From Podarcis pityusensis (lineage: Eukaryota), in assembly GCA_964106645.2 (NCBI GenBank), contig OZ067041.1: a stretch of DNA of 64,000 nt, one strand, 5' to 3'. The position numbers were made by a program, and so were the translations under genes. Positions 63,229 to 64,000 of this stretch are shown in pieces (within the stretch, counting starts at the first letter, position 1; every line of letters begins with the position of its first letter). Below the pieces are notes generated by a model. That model had not been told where the DNA came from. It saw nothing but the letters and a program-made list of their open reading frames with translations, and ran no database searches.

Positions 63229-64000
63229 TATGGTGGTGATATTCTGCCTCAATAGTAGCAGAAGTAGTACTACGAGTAGTTAGTATTTGCTTTGTGTTAG
63301 ATGGTGCCTTTAGGTGGAGATATTTATTGGAAATGTCAGCTTATGCATTGGGGGGGGTGAGTTTTCATCTGCCAGCCGATAACGGGGCCAGGAAGGCAAG
63401 TTGGAGTAATTGGAAAGTGACAGGGCAGTAGCAGTGATTTAGGAAATCACCCCCTTTCACCTCGAAACATTTCCTTCAATCACAGCTTATCTTTAGGTCT
63501 CTGAGCTTTCTGGTCCCATCCTATATTTAGGAAGTGTTCATCCACTTCACAAAATCCTCCAGAAAGGGCAGCACAATTAAAAGTGATGGTAGATCATGGA
63601 AAAGCCAGGTATAGAGTAAGCTACTGGGGTGGAGGGGGCAGGAATGCCAGCAAATCAGTGTGCAGACAAATGCAAGTGATATCTTCCAGTTGTTGTTGTT
63701 GTTGTTGGGGCGTTGCATGAATCTAATTATGCACAATCAATACATCATATTTCTGACAGCAGAACTCGCTTATGATTAGAAACTGTGATGGCCCTATGTC
63801 AATTCACAAGGCACGTCATTTGTGTTGTTTGAGGATTATAAACAGACTGGGCGTGATCTAACAAAAGCTGAACATTTAAAACATTTACCTGTTTTCTAAC
63901 ATATATGCAAACAACAGTGGGGTGCTGTGATGGTTTGTGTATGCTCTTCGCAATAAGCACCCTCTGCTTACTCAGAGAGATATTGACAGTTCTTTATTTT

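Larger units (their letters stand above)
52943..64000 (+). other. KLF12: KLF12 intron (phase 1, runs past window end)
   Basis: Begins with a GT donor; no downstream KLF12 exon recognised before 64000. Confidence 0.8.

Noticed and set aside
367-63736. Remaining short ORFs in the six-frame track
   Set aside because: No recognisable domains, many non-ATG starts, and many overlap repeats or microsatellites; this is expected background for intronic DNA.

Overview
This is eukaryotic (squamate, very probably lacertid lizard) genomic DNA lying entirely inside the KLF12 transcription-factor gene on the + strand. Two coding exons are visible: an 89-nt exon at 10354-10442 (MLMLDGMPAVRVKTELLESEQG; missed by the ORF track) and a 538-nt exon at 52405-52942 carrying the PVDLS CtBP motif. 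They are joined in phase 0 by a ~42-kb GT-AG intron; the zinc-finger exons lie beyond the window. The rest is intron, densely filled with squamate transposable elements: ~15 TA-targeting Tc1/mariner (Tigger-like) MITEs, several hAT MITEs with 8-bp TSDs, six Sauria SINE copies, Bov-B, L2, CR1, L1, Rex1/Babar and Penelope fragments, other tRNA-derived SINEs and three solo-LTR-like elements. Nearly all ORF-track entries are spurious. I found no convincing new multi-gene biological system. The best leads are: (i) the small exon appears 1 nt shorter than its mammalian counterpart, creating a TAATG stop/start overlap; (ii) a degenerate in-frame copy of the start of the large exon sits 588 bp upstream of it; (iii) a perfect 62-bp inverted repeat in apparently unique sequence; (iv) two opposite Sauria SINEs with abutting TSDs; (v) hAT elements enclosing L2 fragments. 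Family names and human KLF12 comparisons come from recognition, not database searches.
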